IMG/VR virus record: IMGVR_UViG_3300034073_000667
Span: 1-58,956 of that record
Strand: one strand, 5' to 3'
Length of the DNA stretch: 58,956 bases
Origin: a virus
Lineage: Duplodnaviria; Caudoviricetes
Positions 1 to 9,797 of the stretch are shown here, one piece after another; the first letter of the stretch is position 1; each line of letters starts with the position of its first letter. The position numbers and the translations under genes are program-made. The notes beneath the pieces were generated by a model that saw nothing but the letters and a program-made list of their open reading frames with translations, was not told the DNA's origin and searched no databases.

Positions 1-155
1 TTATTCTAATCGCAACATTCGGCTAGGCACAGCCCGCGAAAGTTGTTTCGCTATATGCATTTATACGCGTAGCCGCATTCGGCAAAATCGAAAAGCCGAA
101 CACTATACCACGAACTATTGACTCCTGGGCTACCTAGAACGATAGAATCATTGAC

Positions 156-713
156 ATGGCAATGATCACAAGAGCGGAAGCTGCTCGAGCACTTGGTGTC
201 ACCAAAGAAGCCGTCTATGCAGCGGTCAAGACAGGGCGTCTAACCACCAAAACAGGCGTCGATGGTCGGATCCTTGTCAATTCCGAGACAATGAGGGATG
301 AATGGGCCCGAAACACCCAAAAGCGAGTGGGGATCGGCCCTAAGCCACCTGGCCCGGGTGCTGAGCGACCAGTTTTGCGACCTCTTTCAGAGCGTCAAGC
401 ACCGAGGGATCGACTGGGTCGGACGGAGGAAGGGATTCCCGAATATGACGAATCTCGAGCCAGAACAGAGCACCTAAAGGCCGAGCTGCTTGAGCTGGAA
501 CGCAAGCAAAAAGAAGGATTACTGGTAAAAGCAGAGGAAATCGAGGCAAAATGGATAGAAATTGTGACATTAGCACGAACAAAAATCTTAGGCATTCCAA
601 CAAAGGCAAAACAGCGTATTCCCGACCTCGATACGGACGCGATCACTGTTTTAGATGACATCGTTCGAGAAACGCTTGAAGATCTGGCCGCAGAAGGCGA
701 GGAGGAGGACTGA
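156..713 (+). CDS. terS: Terminase small subunit, lambda Nu1-like (block A)
   Basis: N-terminal winged-HTH (ITRAEAARALGVTKEAV) and C-terminal coiled coil (KAELLELERKQKEGLLV); TGATG overlap with the terminase large subunit. Confidence 0.85.
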   Translation: MAMITRAEAARALGVTKEAVYAAVKTGRLTTKTGVDGRILVNSETMRDEWARNTQKRVGIGPKPPGPGAERPVLRPLSERQAPRDRLGRTEEGIPEYDESRARTEHLKAELLELERKQKEGLLVKAEEIEAKWIEIVTLARTKILGIPTKAKQRIPDLDTDAITVLDDIVRETLEDLAAEGEEED

Positions 714-2566
714 TGGCTTCGATCGAATCAGTTGCGTGTTCGGCGCTTCGAGCGTTCAAGCCACCAGAGAAGCTGTCGCTGAGCGAGTGGGCGGATCGGT
801 ACGCCTACTTGAGCGTGGAGAGCAGCGCTGAGGGCGGCCGGTGGCGGACGCTGCCGTATCAGCGGGGGATCATGGACGCAATCACCGATCCCAAAATCGA
901 GCAGATAACGCTAATGAAATCTGCTCGCGTTGGCTACAGCAAAATCTTAAACCACACGATTGCTTTTCACATTCACCAGGACCCTTGTCCGATCATGTTG
1001 GTGCAGCCAACGATCGAAGACGCGCAGGGCTATTCGAAAGAGGAAATCGCGCCGATGCTGCGGGACACGCCATGCCTGCGCGGCCTGGTGAGCGAGGCGA
1101 AGGCGAAGGACGGGGCAAACACGATCCTGCAGAAGCAGTTCCCCGGCGGAACGCTGAGCATGGTTGGCGCCAACAGCCCGCGTGGCTTCAGGCGCGTCAG
1201 CCGCCGGATTGTGCTGTTCGACGAGACCGACGGCTACCCGCAATCGGCCGGTGCTGAGGGCGACCAGATCAAGCTGGGCATCCGGCGGACGGAGTACTAC
1301 TGGAACAGGACGATCGTGGCCGGGTCGACGCCAACGATCAAGGACTTCAGCAGGATCGAGAAGATGTTCCTGCAGGGCGACCAGCGTCGCTATTTCGTCC
1401 CATGCCCGGATTGCGGGCACATGCAGTATTTGAAATGGACAAACATGCGCTGGACCGACGGCGATCCGTCAACTGCTGCGTATTGCTGCGAAGGCTGTGG
1501 GGTGATGATCCCTCATGCGAAGAAGCGATGGATGGTGGAGCGCGGCGAGTGGCGGCCAACTGCTCCGGGTAATGGAAAGCATGTGAGCTTTCATATTTGG
1601 GCAGCGTATTCGTACAGCCCTAATGCAACGTGGTCGAATCTAGTCGAGGAATTCCTTGACGCGAAGAACGACGCGGAGCAATTGAAAACGTTCGTAAATA
1701 CCGTTTTGGGCGAGGTTTGGGAGGACGAGTACGCAAGCAAGATCGGCGCAGAAGCCTTGGCCGAGCGTGCATCCCAGGAGGATTATGAGCATCTTGTGGT
1801 GCCATCGCAGGTTTTGGCGCTGACGATCGGCTGTGACGTGCAGGACGACCGATTGAGTCTGAGTGTGTGGGGCTGGGGGCGCGACGAGGAGGCGTGGCTT
1901 ATCGACAGGTCGAAGCTCTATGGGGACCCTGCTCGAGCAGAGGTGTGGCAGCAGCTTGATGAGGTGATGGCGAAACCGTTCCTCACCGAAGACGGCGTGG
2001 ACATGAAGATCAGCGTCTGCGCGATCGACTCCGGCGGCCACCACACCGCTGAGGTGTATTCCTACGCCCGGGAGCGGATGGCGAATGGTGTGATCGCGAT
2101 CAAGGGCATGAGCACCAAAGGCAAACCGCCGCTGGGCAAGCCGTCGAAGGTGGACCTGAACCGCAAGGGCCAGGTGGTGAAGAAGGGCGCCCAGGTGTTC
2201 CCGGTCGGATCGGACACGGTGAAGTCACTGCTGTTCGGCAGGCTTAAGCATAATGAAAAAGGTGCAGGTTACTTGCATTTTTATCCGACTGTTGGAACAG
2301 AGTACTTCGAGGAGCTGACTGCGGAGAAACAGGTTCTGCGATACAAGAACGGGTATCCGCAGCGTGTGTGGATGAAGAAGAGCAGTGCTCGAAACGAGGC
2401 GCTTGACGAGCTCGTTTATGCGTACTCTGCATTGCACCGGTTGTACCAGCTCTACGACAGGCGCACGATCTGGGATCAGTTCGAGCGTGTGGTCAGGCCG
2501 ATCGAGGGCGAGCCGGTGATTGCGCCTGCCCGGAAGAGCCGCAAGGCGTTCAATGTTTTAGGTTGA
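713..2566 (+). CDS. terL: Terminase large subunit, lambda gpA family (block A)
   Basis: gpA-type Walker A KSARVGYS, Walker B VLFDE, GSTP motif, CxxC pairs, nuclease DVQ..DSGG..RNEALD. Confidence 0.95.
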   Translation: MASIESVACSALRAFKPPEKLSLSEWADRYAYLSVESSAEGGRWRTLPYQRGIMDAITDPKIEQITLMKSARVGYSKILNHTIAFHIHQDPCPIMLVQPTIEDAQGYSKEEIAPMLRDTPCLRGLVSEAKAKDGANTILQKQFPGGTLSMVGANSPRGFRRVSRRIVLFDETDGYPQSAGAEGDQIKLGIRRTEYYWNRTIVAGSTPTIKDFSRIEKMFLQGDQRRYFVPCPDCGHMQYLKWTNMRWTDGDPSTAAYCCEGCGVMIPHAKKRWMVERGEWRPTAPGNGKHVSFHIWAAYSYSPNATWSNLVEEFLDAKNDAEQLKTFVNTVLGEVWEDEYASKIGAEALAERASQEDYEHLVVPSQVLALTIGCDVQDDRLSLSVWGWGRDEEAWLIDRSKLYGDPARAEVWQQLDEVMAKPFLTEDGVDMKISVCAIDSGGHHTAEVYSYARERMANGVIAIKGMSTKGKPPLGKPSKVDLNRKGQVVKKGAQVFPVGSDTVKSLLFGRLKHNEKGAGYLHFYPTVGTEYFEELTAEKQVLRYKNGYPQRVWMKKSSARNEALDELVYAYSALHRLYQLYDRRTIWDQFERVVRPIEGEPVIAPARKSRKAFNVLG

Positions 2567-2599
2567 TAGGGCTAGACTTACGCAAAATCCAGCCTGGCA

Positions 2600-3148
2600 A
2601 TGGCATTTCCATCCGAAATACGCGCTGGAGACGCCGTTGAATGGACGGATGATCTTGCGCCGACTGCAGATAGCCTGTCGTATTACCTTAGAACAAACGC
2701 TGCAAGTGGCGCGACGGCATCGGGAACGCTGAGCTCTGGGATCTGGTCGTTCACGCTGAGTTCTGCGACCACGACTGCATTCACCAGCGGCCAGTGGTAC
2801 TACCAGGCTGTTGCTGTCACCACTGGTGCGCCGACCACAGTGCGCACTGGACAATTCACTGTTCTGCCGTCTCTTGTTTATAGCGGTTCTGCTACTGCTG
2901 TCGATCTTCGCAGTCAGGCCGAAATTGATCTGGCGAATGTCGAAGCAGCAATTCGTGCTCTGGCAGAAGGTGCGCAAGAATATCGAATCGGCACCGCATC
3001 AGGCGGCCGAATGGTCAAGCGTGCTGAGCTGTCCCAGCTGATTCAGTGGCGCGATCGGCTTAAGGCTGACGTGGCGCGGGAACAGCTCGCGCAGAACGTG
3101 GCCAATGGCAAAGGCGATGGTCGGTCGCTTTACATCCGCTTCCACTGA
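2600..3148 (+). CDS. Head-tail adaptor (gpW-like C-terminus with extra N-terminal beta domain)
   Basis: Lies between terL and portal; C-terminal QEYRIG..R..KRAELSQLIQWRDRLKA resembles gpW. Confidence 0.65.
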   Translation: MAFPSEIRAGDAVEWTDDLAPTADSLSYYLRTNAASGATASGTLSSGIWSFTLSSATTTAFTSGQWYYQAVAVTTGAPTTVRTGQFTVLPSLVYSGSATAVDLRSQAEIDLANVEAAIRALAEGAQEYRIGTASGGRMVKRAELSQLIQWRDRLKADVAREQLAQNVANGKGDGRSLYIRFH

Positions 3149-3151
3149 TCA

Positions 3152-4720
3152 ATGGGACTCCGCACCTGGATTTTGAAACGCCTCGGCGGTCGTCGCATGT
3201 ACGACGCGGCCAGGTGGAATCGCTTCACGGCTGATTTCCTCGCTCCGAACACCAGCGCTGATGCTGAGCTGCGTGGCAGCCTGAAGGTGCTGCGGAATCG
3301 CAGCCGAGCGCTGGTCAGGGATAACCCCTACGCCCGGCAGGCGAAGCGGACGACCCAGGTCAACGTGATCGGTCCGCGTGGCATCCAGATGCAGCCGCAG
3401 ATCATGCGGCCCGATGGGCGGGAGAAAGACGAGCGCCGCAACGTGGCGATGTCGGCCGGATGGCGGCAATGGTGCCGGGCCGATAGCTGCGACGTCACCG
3501 GGAAGATGAGCTTCCACGCGATCGAGATGGCGATCGTGGGCTCACTGCCTGAATCGGGTGAGGTGGGCGTGCGGCTGGTGCGGCAGCGGATGGGCAAGAG
3601 CAGGGTGCCACTGGCGCTCGAACTGATCGAAGCGGATCAGATCGATGACGATTACACCGGCTTCAGCGACCGGCCAGGGCATTACTGGCGGATGGGCGTC
3701 GAGCTGAATGAGTGGGGGCGGCCGACGCGCTACGCCCTGCTGGTGAAGCACCCGGGGGACGCTGAGCTCGGCACTTACCTGAACAGGACGGAGAAGCATC
3801 TGTTTATTGATGCTGAAGACTTCATTCATATTTATATGCCTGATCGCATTGGGCAGACGAGGGGTGTTCCCTGGTTCGCGCCGGTGATCACCACGAGCTG
3901 GAACCTCGGCAAGTACGAAGAGGCTCACTGGACCCGGAAGCGAGTGCAGGCAAACAGCCTGGGCTGGATCCAGACTTCGGACCCCGAGGATTTCGGCAGC
4001 CGTGAAAGCGATGGCTCACCGGCGCTTGAAGGCGACAAGCGGCTGTGGAACACCGAGCCTGGCAGTTACAACTTCCTGCTGCCAGGGGAGACGGCGATCC
4101 CGCCTGACTTCGGTCCCGATGACAACCAGTACGAGAACGTGGTCAGGAACCTGGCCAGGCGATTTGCTGCTGGTTTCGGCTGTAGTTACGAAACGTTAAG
4201 CAAGGATTTCAGTGAGTCGAATTACAGCAGCAGCCGGCTGAGCATCCTCGAAGACCGTGATCACTGGCGCGTGATCCAGTCGATGCTGATCCAGCAGTTC
4301 CACCAGCGCGTGTTCGAGGAGTGGCTGATGGCTGCCGCCCTCACCGACTTGCCGATGCCGATGTTCTCGGATGTGTGGACCAGGCCGGAGCGGTACAACG
4401 CGCCGCATTGGCAGGCCCGGGCATGGAGCTGGGTGGATCCGGCGAAGGAGATGAAGGCGCTCGAGATGGCGCGTGCACTGCAGCTTCAGACGCACGCGGA
4501 GCAAATCATGGAATACACCGGTAACGATTTCATGGAAACCGTTACTACGATTGCAAAAGAGAATGAAATCAAGGAGGAGCTCGGGCTGATGGCCGCAACT
4601 CCCGTGCCGGCGCCCGAGCCCGAGCCTCCGGTCAGCGATCCGTTGATCGATGATCTGGGCCAGCCGGTGCGGCTACGGTCTGATCTGTCCAACCTTGCTC
4701 GCGCACAGAAAGATGGCTGA
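3152..4720 (+). CDS. Portal protein, lambda gpB family (block A)
   Basis: LRNRSRALVRDNPYA, GVELNEWGRP, QTRGVPWFAP, SNYSSSRL and WVDPAKE motifs. Confidence 0.95.
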   Translation: MGLRTWILKRLGGRRMYDAARWNRFTADFLAPNTSADAELRGSLKVLRNRSRALVRDNPYARQAKRTTQVNVIGPRGIQMQPQIMRPDGREKDERRNVAMSAGWRQWCRADSCDVTGKMSFHAIEMAIVGSLPESGEVGVRLVRQRMGKSRVPLALELIEADQIDDDYTGFSDRPGHYWRMGVELNEWGRPTRYALLVKHPGDAELGTYLNRTEKHLFIDAEDFIHIYMPDRIGQTRGVPWFAPVITTSWNLGKYEEAHWTRKRVQANSLGWIQTSDPEDFGSRESDGSPALEGDKRLWNTEPGSYNFLLPGETAIPPDFGPDDNQYENVVRNLARRFAAGFGCSYETLSKDFSESNYSSSRLSILEDRDHWRVIQSMLIQQFHQRVFEEWLMAAALTDLPMPMFSDVWTRPERYNAPHWQARAWSWVDPAKEMKALEMARALQLQTHAEQIMEYTGNDFMETVTTIAKENEIKEELGLMAATPVPAPEPEPPVSDPLIDDLGQPVRLRSDLSNLARAQKDG

Positions 4721-7469
4721 GGTCAACGGGGTCGAGATCGACCTGATGCCCACCGAGGGCATGCGCGAGGAGGCTGAGCGCTATCAGGCGTGGAAAGAAG
4801 AGGGCCGCGATGGTGGCACGGATGTGGCCGCCACCCGGGCCCGGCAGATCCTGAGCGGTGACGAGCTCAGCGCCGACACCGTGATCACCATGTCGGCATG
4901 GTTCGCCCGGCACGAGGTGGACAAGCAGGGCCAGGGGTTCAGTCCTGATGAGGATGGCTATCCCTCGCCAGGTCGCGTGGCTTGGGCCGCCTGGGGCGGT
5001 GATGCAGGTAAAAGGTGGAGTGATGCGAAGGCCGATAGCATCAAGGCAGCACAAGAACGCTCCATGGAACTTCGCGCCGCTCCCGACGAACTGAAAGAGG
5101 GAGATTTTGTCAGTTGGAACTCGAGCGGCGGTCGCGCTCGTGGGCGAATCGAACACATCATGCGCGAAGGCACTCTTGGCGTGCCTGACAGCGAATTCAG
5201 CATCGAGGCCACCGAAGAGGACCCGGCCGCGCTGATTCGGATCTACCGGGATGGTGAGCCGACTGAGGTGATGGTGGGCCACCGATTCAGCACGTTGACC
5301 AAGATCCAGCCGATTGATGGCGAGGAAGGTCGTCCCTACCCGAACGAGCACGCCGCTCGGCTGCTGGACCCGGGCATGTTTGAGCGGTTCCGCCGGGTGA
5401 ATGACGACCTTGGCGCAGGCGTTGATGCGATTTATGGCATCAATGAAGACGAACCGGTGCGACTGCAGGCAATTCGATTCGACGCCTCTCGCTTTAGCGT
5501 GTCAGAGGCAAGGGAGTGGTTGGATGACAACGACTACCAGCCGATCGAATTTGAGGAGGCCACCGGGGAGCGTGTCATGAAACTTGATCTGAAGCGGATC
5601 AACAAGGAGGGCCTGAAGCGCGAGGTCGCCCAGGGCATGCGTGTCGAGGAGAAGGCCGACGATCGGCTGACCTTCTCGTTCAGCTCCGAAGCTCCGGTGG
5701 AGCGCTGGTGGGGGCGTGAGGTGCTGGTGCACGACGCTGAGTCGATGGACCTGAGCCGCATGAATGACGGCGGCGCGTGGCTGTGGAACCACAATCGCGA
5801 CGTGGTGCTGGGCGTGGCCGAGAGGGCTTGGCTGGGCGACGATCGCCGGCTTTACGCGACCGTGATGTGGAGTCCTAACACGATGGAGAAGGGCACCGAG
5901 GAGTACAAGCGCCGCCGCGACATCGAAGCAGGAATCGTTCGCAATGTGTCTTTTGCGTACGAAATTGCAGATGTTCGCGAATCGTCAAACGGCGACTTTC
6001 TCGTTACAAAATGGAATGTACTTGAAGTATCATCTGTGAGCGTTCCGGCTGATCAATCGGTTGGCCTCGGACGTGCCCTTGATGTTGTAGAAGCTGCTGA
6101 CGTTATGCTTGACCACGAGCAGTCCGCCGAGCGCGGTACTGAAAAACAACCTGTGCCCTCAACAATGGAACAATCCATCGACATCAAAGAGGTGCAATCC
6201 GCCGCTCGGGCTGCTGAGCGTGATCGGGTCGCCACCATTCGCGCTATGTGCGAGCAGCATCAGGTCGGCGCTGAGCTGGCTGACAAGCTGATCAACGACG
6301 ACGCTTCTGTCGATCAGGCTCGCGAGGCCGTCCTGACCCAACTCGGCCGCAGCCGCAAGGAGTTCCAGGGCCGCATTCACGACGACGGCGCTGCTGCCAT
6401 CGGCCTGACCCAGCAAGAGGTCAAGCGCTACAGCCTGATGAACGTGATCCGTCACCTGGCTGACCCCACCGACCGCTCCGCTCGTGAAGCTGCTGCTTTC
6501 GAGATCGAGTGCTCTAAGGCCGCCGAAGGCAAGCTCGGCCGCGCTGCCAAGGGCGTTGTGATGCCCTGGGATGTGCTGTCCGCTCCTGCTGTTCGCTCCC
6601 AGAACGTCGGCACCGCTACCGCTGGTGGCTACCTGGTCGACACCCAACTGCTGACCGGTTCGTTCATCGACCTGGTTCGCAACCGCTCCGCTCTGCTGGG
6701 CCTGAATGTCACCACCCTGACCGGCCTGGTCGGCAACGTGGACATCCCCAAGAAGACTGGCGCCACCACTGCCTACTGGGTGGGTGAGGACGTCGCCGTC
6801 ACCGAGAGCGCAATGACTCTGGGTCAGATCTCGATGACCCCCAAGTCGCTCGGCGGTTTCGTTGACATCACCCGTCGCCTGATGCAGCAGGCCTCGATGG
6901 ATGTTGAGGCCATGGTCCGCGCTGACCTGGCTGAGTCCATCGCCCTGGCGATCGACTACTCCGGCATCTACGGCCTGGGTGGCTCCTCCGCTCTGCTGGG
7001 CATCAAGAACATCACCGGTGTTGGCTCAGAGACCCTGGCCAGCAACGCTGATACCAACAAGGCCATCGACGGCACCACCTACTACTTCGGCACCTTCGCC
7101 GACTACGTCAACATGGAGACCACCGTGTCGGTGGCCAACCTGGACGTGGATTCGATGTTCTATGTGGGCAACGCTCACGTTCGCGGTGCTCTGAAGCAGA
7201 CCCTGCGCAACACCAACAGCGAGCGCTTCATCTGGGAGAACAACGAGGTCAACGGTTACGGCGCTCGCGTGTCGAACCAGCTGATCGGCTCGAACGTGAT
7301 CTTCGGCGACTTCAGCCAGGCCATCTTCGGCTTCTGGTCCGGCGTCGACATCACCGTCGATCCCTACAGCAACAGCACCAAGGGCACCACTCGCATCGTG
7401 GCCTTCCAGGATGTGGACTTCGGTGTTCGCAACCCCGGTGCTTTCGTGTTCGGCTCCGGCAACGCCTGA
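4713..7469 (+). CDS. Polyprotein: three small accessory domains + HK97-type prohead protease + major capsid protein (block A)
   Basis: Likely start is ATG 4713, overlapping the portal end; protease motifs FSSEAPVER, LWNHNRD, NVSFAY, EVSSVSVPAD; capsid motifs GGYLV, AYWVGE, IFGDFSQ, VDPYS. Confidence 0.9.
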   Translation: MAEVNGVEIDLMPTEGMREEAERYQAWKEEGRDGGTDVAATRARQILSGDELSADTVITMSAWFARHEVDKQGQGFSPDEDGYPSPGRVAWAAWGGDAGKRWSDAKADSIKAAQERSMELRAAPDELKEGDFVSWNSSGGRARGRIEHIMREGTLGVPDSEFSIEATEEDPAALIRIYRDGEPTEVMVGHRFSTLTKIQPIDGEEGRPYPNEHAARLLDPGMFERFRRVNDDLGAGVDAIYGINEDEPVRLQAIRFDASRFSVSEAREWLDDNDYQPIEFEEATGERVMKLDLKRINKEGLKREVAQGMRVEEKADDRLTFSFSSEAPVERWWGREVLVHDAESMDLSRMNDGGAWLWNHNRDVVLGVAERAWLGDDRRLYATVMWSPNTMEKGTEEYKRRRDIEAGIVRNVSFAYEIADVRESSNGDFLVTKWNVLEVSSVSVPADQSVGLGRALDVVEAADVMLDHEQSAERGTEKQPVPSTMEQSIDIKEVQSAARAAERDRVATIRAMCEQHQVGAELADKLINDDASVDQAREAVLTQLGRSRKEFQGRIHDDGAAAIGLTQQEVKRYSLMNVIRHLADPTDRSAREAAAFEIECSKAAEGKLGRAAKGVVMPWDVLSAPAVRSQNVGTATAGGYLVDTQLLTGSFIDLVRNRSALLGLNVTTLTGLVGNVDIPKKTGATTAYWVGEDVAVTESAMTLGQISMTPKSLGGFVDITRRLMQQASMDVEAMVRADLAESIALAIDYSGIYGLGGSSALLGIKNITGVGSETLASNADTNKAIDGTTYYFGTFADYVNMETTVSVANLDVDSMFYVGNAHVRGALKQTLRNTNSERFIWENNEVNGYGARVSNQLIGSNVIFGDFSQAIFGFWSGVDITVDPYSNSTKGTTRIVAFQDVDFGVRNPGAFVFGSGNA

Positions 7470-7696
7470 TGAGCTGGTTCAAGCTGACCACTGACGTGAT
7501 GGTTCGCGGCACCTCCCGGGCAACCGGTGAGGTGCTCGACCTCTCCGAGAGTGAAGGCCAGCTCTTGGTTGGCCTCAGTCGAGCTGTGCGCTGCGAGGCA
7601 CCTGCGCCTCCAGAGCCTGTTTGCCCCATGCCCGCACCAGAGGCGAAGAAGCCTACTGTGCGTCGCACCATCAAACCACTTTCCCAGGAGGACTGA
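7469..7696 (+). CDS. Small head-associated hypothetical protein
   Basis: Coupled (TGATG) to the capsid gene; GEVLDLSESEGQLLVGL-type small protein that commonly follows capsid genes. Confidence 0.6.
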   Translation: MSWFKLTTDVMVRGTSRATGEVLDLSESEGQLLVGLSRAVRCEAPAPPEPVCPMPAPEAKKPTVRRTIKPLSQED

Positions 7697-7699
7697 TCC

Positions 7700-8080
7700 A
7701 TGGCCCTGAGCCAACGCAATTTTGAAGCGCTGCAGCACTTCAGCGCTTATGCCCCCGCAACTGTGACGGCCACCGGCGCCGGCACCGGTGTGGATCTGAT
7801 GGGCTACGACGGCGACGTCGTGTTCGTGATGCAGGCAACCGCTGCTGGCGCTGATGCCGGCTTCTCGGTGCGCCTTGAGCACAGCGATGCGAGCGGCAGC
7901 GGCTACGAAGCCATCACCGGCGCAGCTTTCGACGACATCGAGAACGCTGCCTACTTGGATTCCGTGACCATCTCGAAGGACGATGTCAAGCGCTATGTGC
8001 GCGTAAACATCCACACCGAGACTGGCACCGCTAGCTCGATTATTTCGGTTACCGGTTTCGGCGCCAAGAAGTATCAGTGA
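7700..8080 (+). CDS. Putative capsid decoration/cement protein
   Basis: Beta-rich 126 aa (GVDL.GY..KRYVRV) after the capsid gene; GGAGG Shine-Dalgarno upstream. Confidence 0.6.
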   Translation: MALSQRNFEALQHFSAYAPATVTATGAGTGVDLMGYDGDVVFVMQATAAGADAGFSVRLEHSDASGSGYEAITGAAFDDIENAAYLDSVTISKDDVKRYVRVNIHTETGTASSIISVTGFGAKKYQ

Positions 8081-8511
8081 TCGTAGACGATCCTGCTATT
8101 TATATGGCAGACTTTGGCGTCACTGTTGTCAGTGGCGCCATTTCTGGCCTCGGCATTTTTGATATGCCGAGTGAGATGATTATTGACAATCAGATTATTA
8201 CGACGGACTATACGCTGACCTGTGCAGCGTCAGAGTTTGGGCATTTGCTTTACGGCTCTAAGCTGACCGTAAATGGCGCCCTTTATAGCGTTAGAGCTAC
8301 GCAGTTAGTGCACGATGGGGTTTTTGTTCAAATAAGCCTGCAGCGAGACGTCGACACCCCGACCTCGATCAGCAGTGTATCACTTGATGGCAATAGCGCT
8401 AATTTACAGATAGACGACCTAGGTGTTGAGCAGCTTGATCCTGGGATCGATGGTGGATTGGCTGGGACCGATTACATTGATGGCAACGTCTTGGATGGTG
8501 GAGCGGCATGA
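8077..8511 (+). CDS. Head-tail joining/closure protein with acidic C-terminal extension
   Basis: GIFD..LTVNGALYSVR..DG pattern of gpFII-like proteins; synteny. Confidence 0.55.
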   Translation: MIVDDPAIYMADFGVTVVSGAISGLGIFDMPSEMIIDNQIITTDYTLTCAASEFGHLLYGSKLTVNGALYSVRATQLVHDGVFVQISLQRDVDTPTSISSVSLDGNSANLQIDDLGVEQLDPGIDGGLAGTDYIDGNVLDGGAA

Positions 8512-9125
8512 GCAGCGTCGCGCAGTTCCAGATGCGGGGAGACACCGCAGCGAACTGGACAGCAGAAAATCCTGTTCTGCTGCTTCGAGAGTTGGGATTT
8601 GAGACTGACACCAGGAAGTTCAAGATCGGCGACGGCACGACCGCCTGGAACTCGCTGCTCTACGTCCAGGGCTACGACAATCCCACATTTACAACTCTTG
8701 CCTGCACTGGCATAGCAACTCTCCCTCATATTCACGGTGCCCTTGCCGGGCCTGTTTATATTCACTGCAGAAATGGGAGCGCCTCAACCCTTGCAAAAGG
8801 AACGCCTGTTTATATTACCGGAAACGTTGGAGACACATCAACAGTAATCGTGGAAGCGGCTGATGCTTCTAATCTTGCAAAGATGCCAGCGATTGGAATT
8901 CTGGATGCCGCAATTGCCGCCGGAGCTGATGGCCATCTTGTGATTTCTGGAGAGATCACCGCAATGAATACAAATGGTTATGCTGTCAACTCTGCATTAT
9001 ATGTCGCGGAAGGCGGTGGTTTTACGACTGCTCCACCCACTAACAAGCAGCCAATCGGTCGCGTCACCAGGGGCAACAGCAACACCGGCGCTTTGGTTGT
9101 CATGGGTCCAGGGGTTGTGCTGTGA
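8508..9125 (+). CDS. Putative head fibre/virion protein with Mtd_N-like N-terminal domain
   Basis: QMRGDTAANWTAENPVL..ELGFETDTRKFKIGDGTTAWNSL followed by a KGTPVYITG cement-like domain. Confidence 0.6.
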   Translation: MSSVAQFQMRGDTAANWTAENPVLLLRELGFETDTRKFKIGDGTTAWNSLLYVQGYDNPTFTTLACTGIATLPHIHGALAGPVYIHCRNGSASTLAKGTPVYITGNVGDTSTVIVEAADASNLAKMPAIGILDAAIAAGADGHLVISGEITAMNTNGYAVNSALYVAEGGGFTTAPPTNKQPIGRVTRGNSNTGALVVMGPGVVL

Positions 9126-9547
9126 GCACCAAACGCGAGCAGATCCTCGAGGCCATCAAGACTGCGTTGACCGGTTCGGCGACGCTGGGCGCCACCGTGT
9201 ATCGCAGCAGGGTTACGCCGCTGGCTCGGGGCGAGTCCCCGGCGGTGATTGTGGAGCCAGTGCGCAACGACGTCGAGCAAAACACCGCACTGCCGACGCT
9301 CGATCACTCGATGCAGGTAAGAGTTGCCGTCATTGTTCGCGGAGAGATTCCTGATCAGCTCGCAGATCCAGTTATCGCCGCAGCACATTCCGCCATCATG
9401 GCTGATCTCACTCTGGGTGGATTAGCAATTGACGTTCAGCCTGGAGAAACAGAATTCACAATGCAAGATGCCGACCAACCGGTTGGTGTTATCTTTTCTA
9501 TTTACATTGTTCGTTACCGCACTTCAGTGGGCGATCTTTCAACCTGA
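9122..9547 (+). CDS. Tail terminator protein
   Basis: REQIL.AI..AL....VYRSR......PAVIV pattern; lies before the tail tube. Confidence 0.7.
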   Translation: MSTKREQILEAIKTALTGSATLGATVYRSRVTPLARGESPAVIVEPVRNDVEQNTALPTLDHSMQVRVAVIVRGEIPDQLADPVIAAAHSAIMADLTLGGLAIDVQPGETEFTMQDADQPVGVIFSIYIVRYRTSVGDLST

Positions 9548-9557
9548 GGCGACTACC

Positions 9558-9797
9558 ATGATTGATGAGTTCCATGGGCAGGGTGGCTCCTACATCCTTG
9601 ATCCCGAAACTGGCGTCCGCGTCCTTGTTGAACGGACCGCTCCCCCTGAAACCCAAGAGGTAATTTCCAATGGCCCTTCTGACTCGCAAGCGTCTGATTC
9701 TGCTGGAGACGGAATCGAGCTACGGGACGGATCCGACTCCAGACGGCGCCGACGCGGTGCTGGTGAGGGATCTGAACATCACTCCTCTGCAGAGTGA
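9558..9797 (+). CDS. Small hypothetical protein
   Basis: ATG 9558 begins MIDEFHGQGGSYILDPETG..VERT; the 3' part overlaps the tail tube gene. Confidence 0.45.
   Translation: MIDEFHGQGGSYILDPETGVRVLVERTAPPETQEVISNGPSDSQASDSAGDGIELRDGSDSRRRRRGAGEGSEHHSSAE

Noticed and set aside
4650-4712. ORF-track start for the capsid polyprotein
   Set aside because: Overlaps the portal gene; ATG 4713 near the portal stop is more plausible
8508-9125. Diversity-generating retroelement, suggested by the Mtd_N-like domain and long repeats
   Set aside because: No reverse transcriptase; differences between the L/K copies are not adenine-specific and span whole genes
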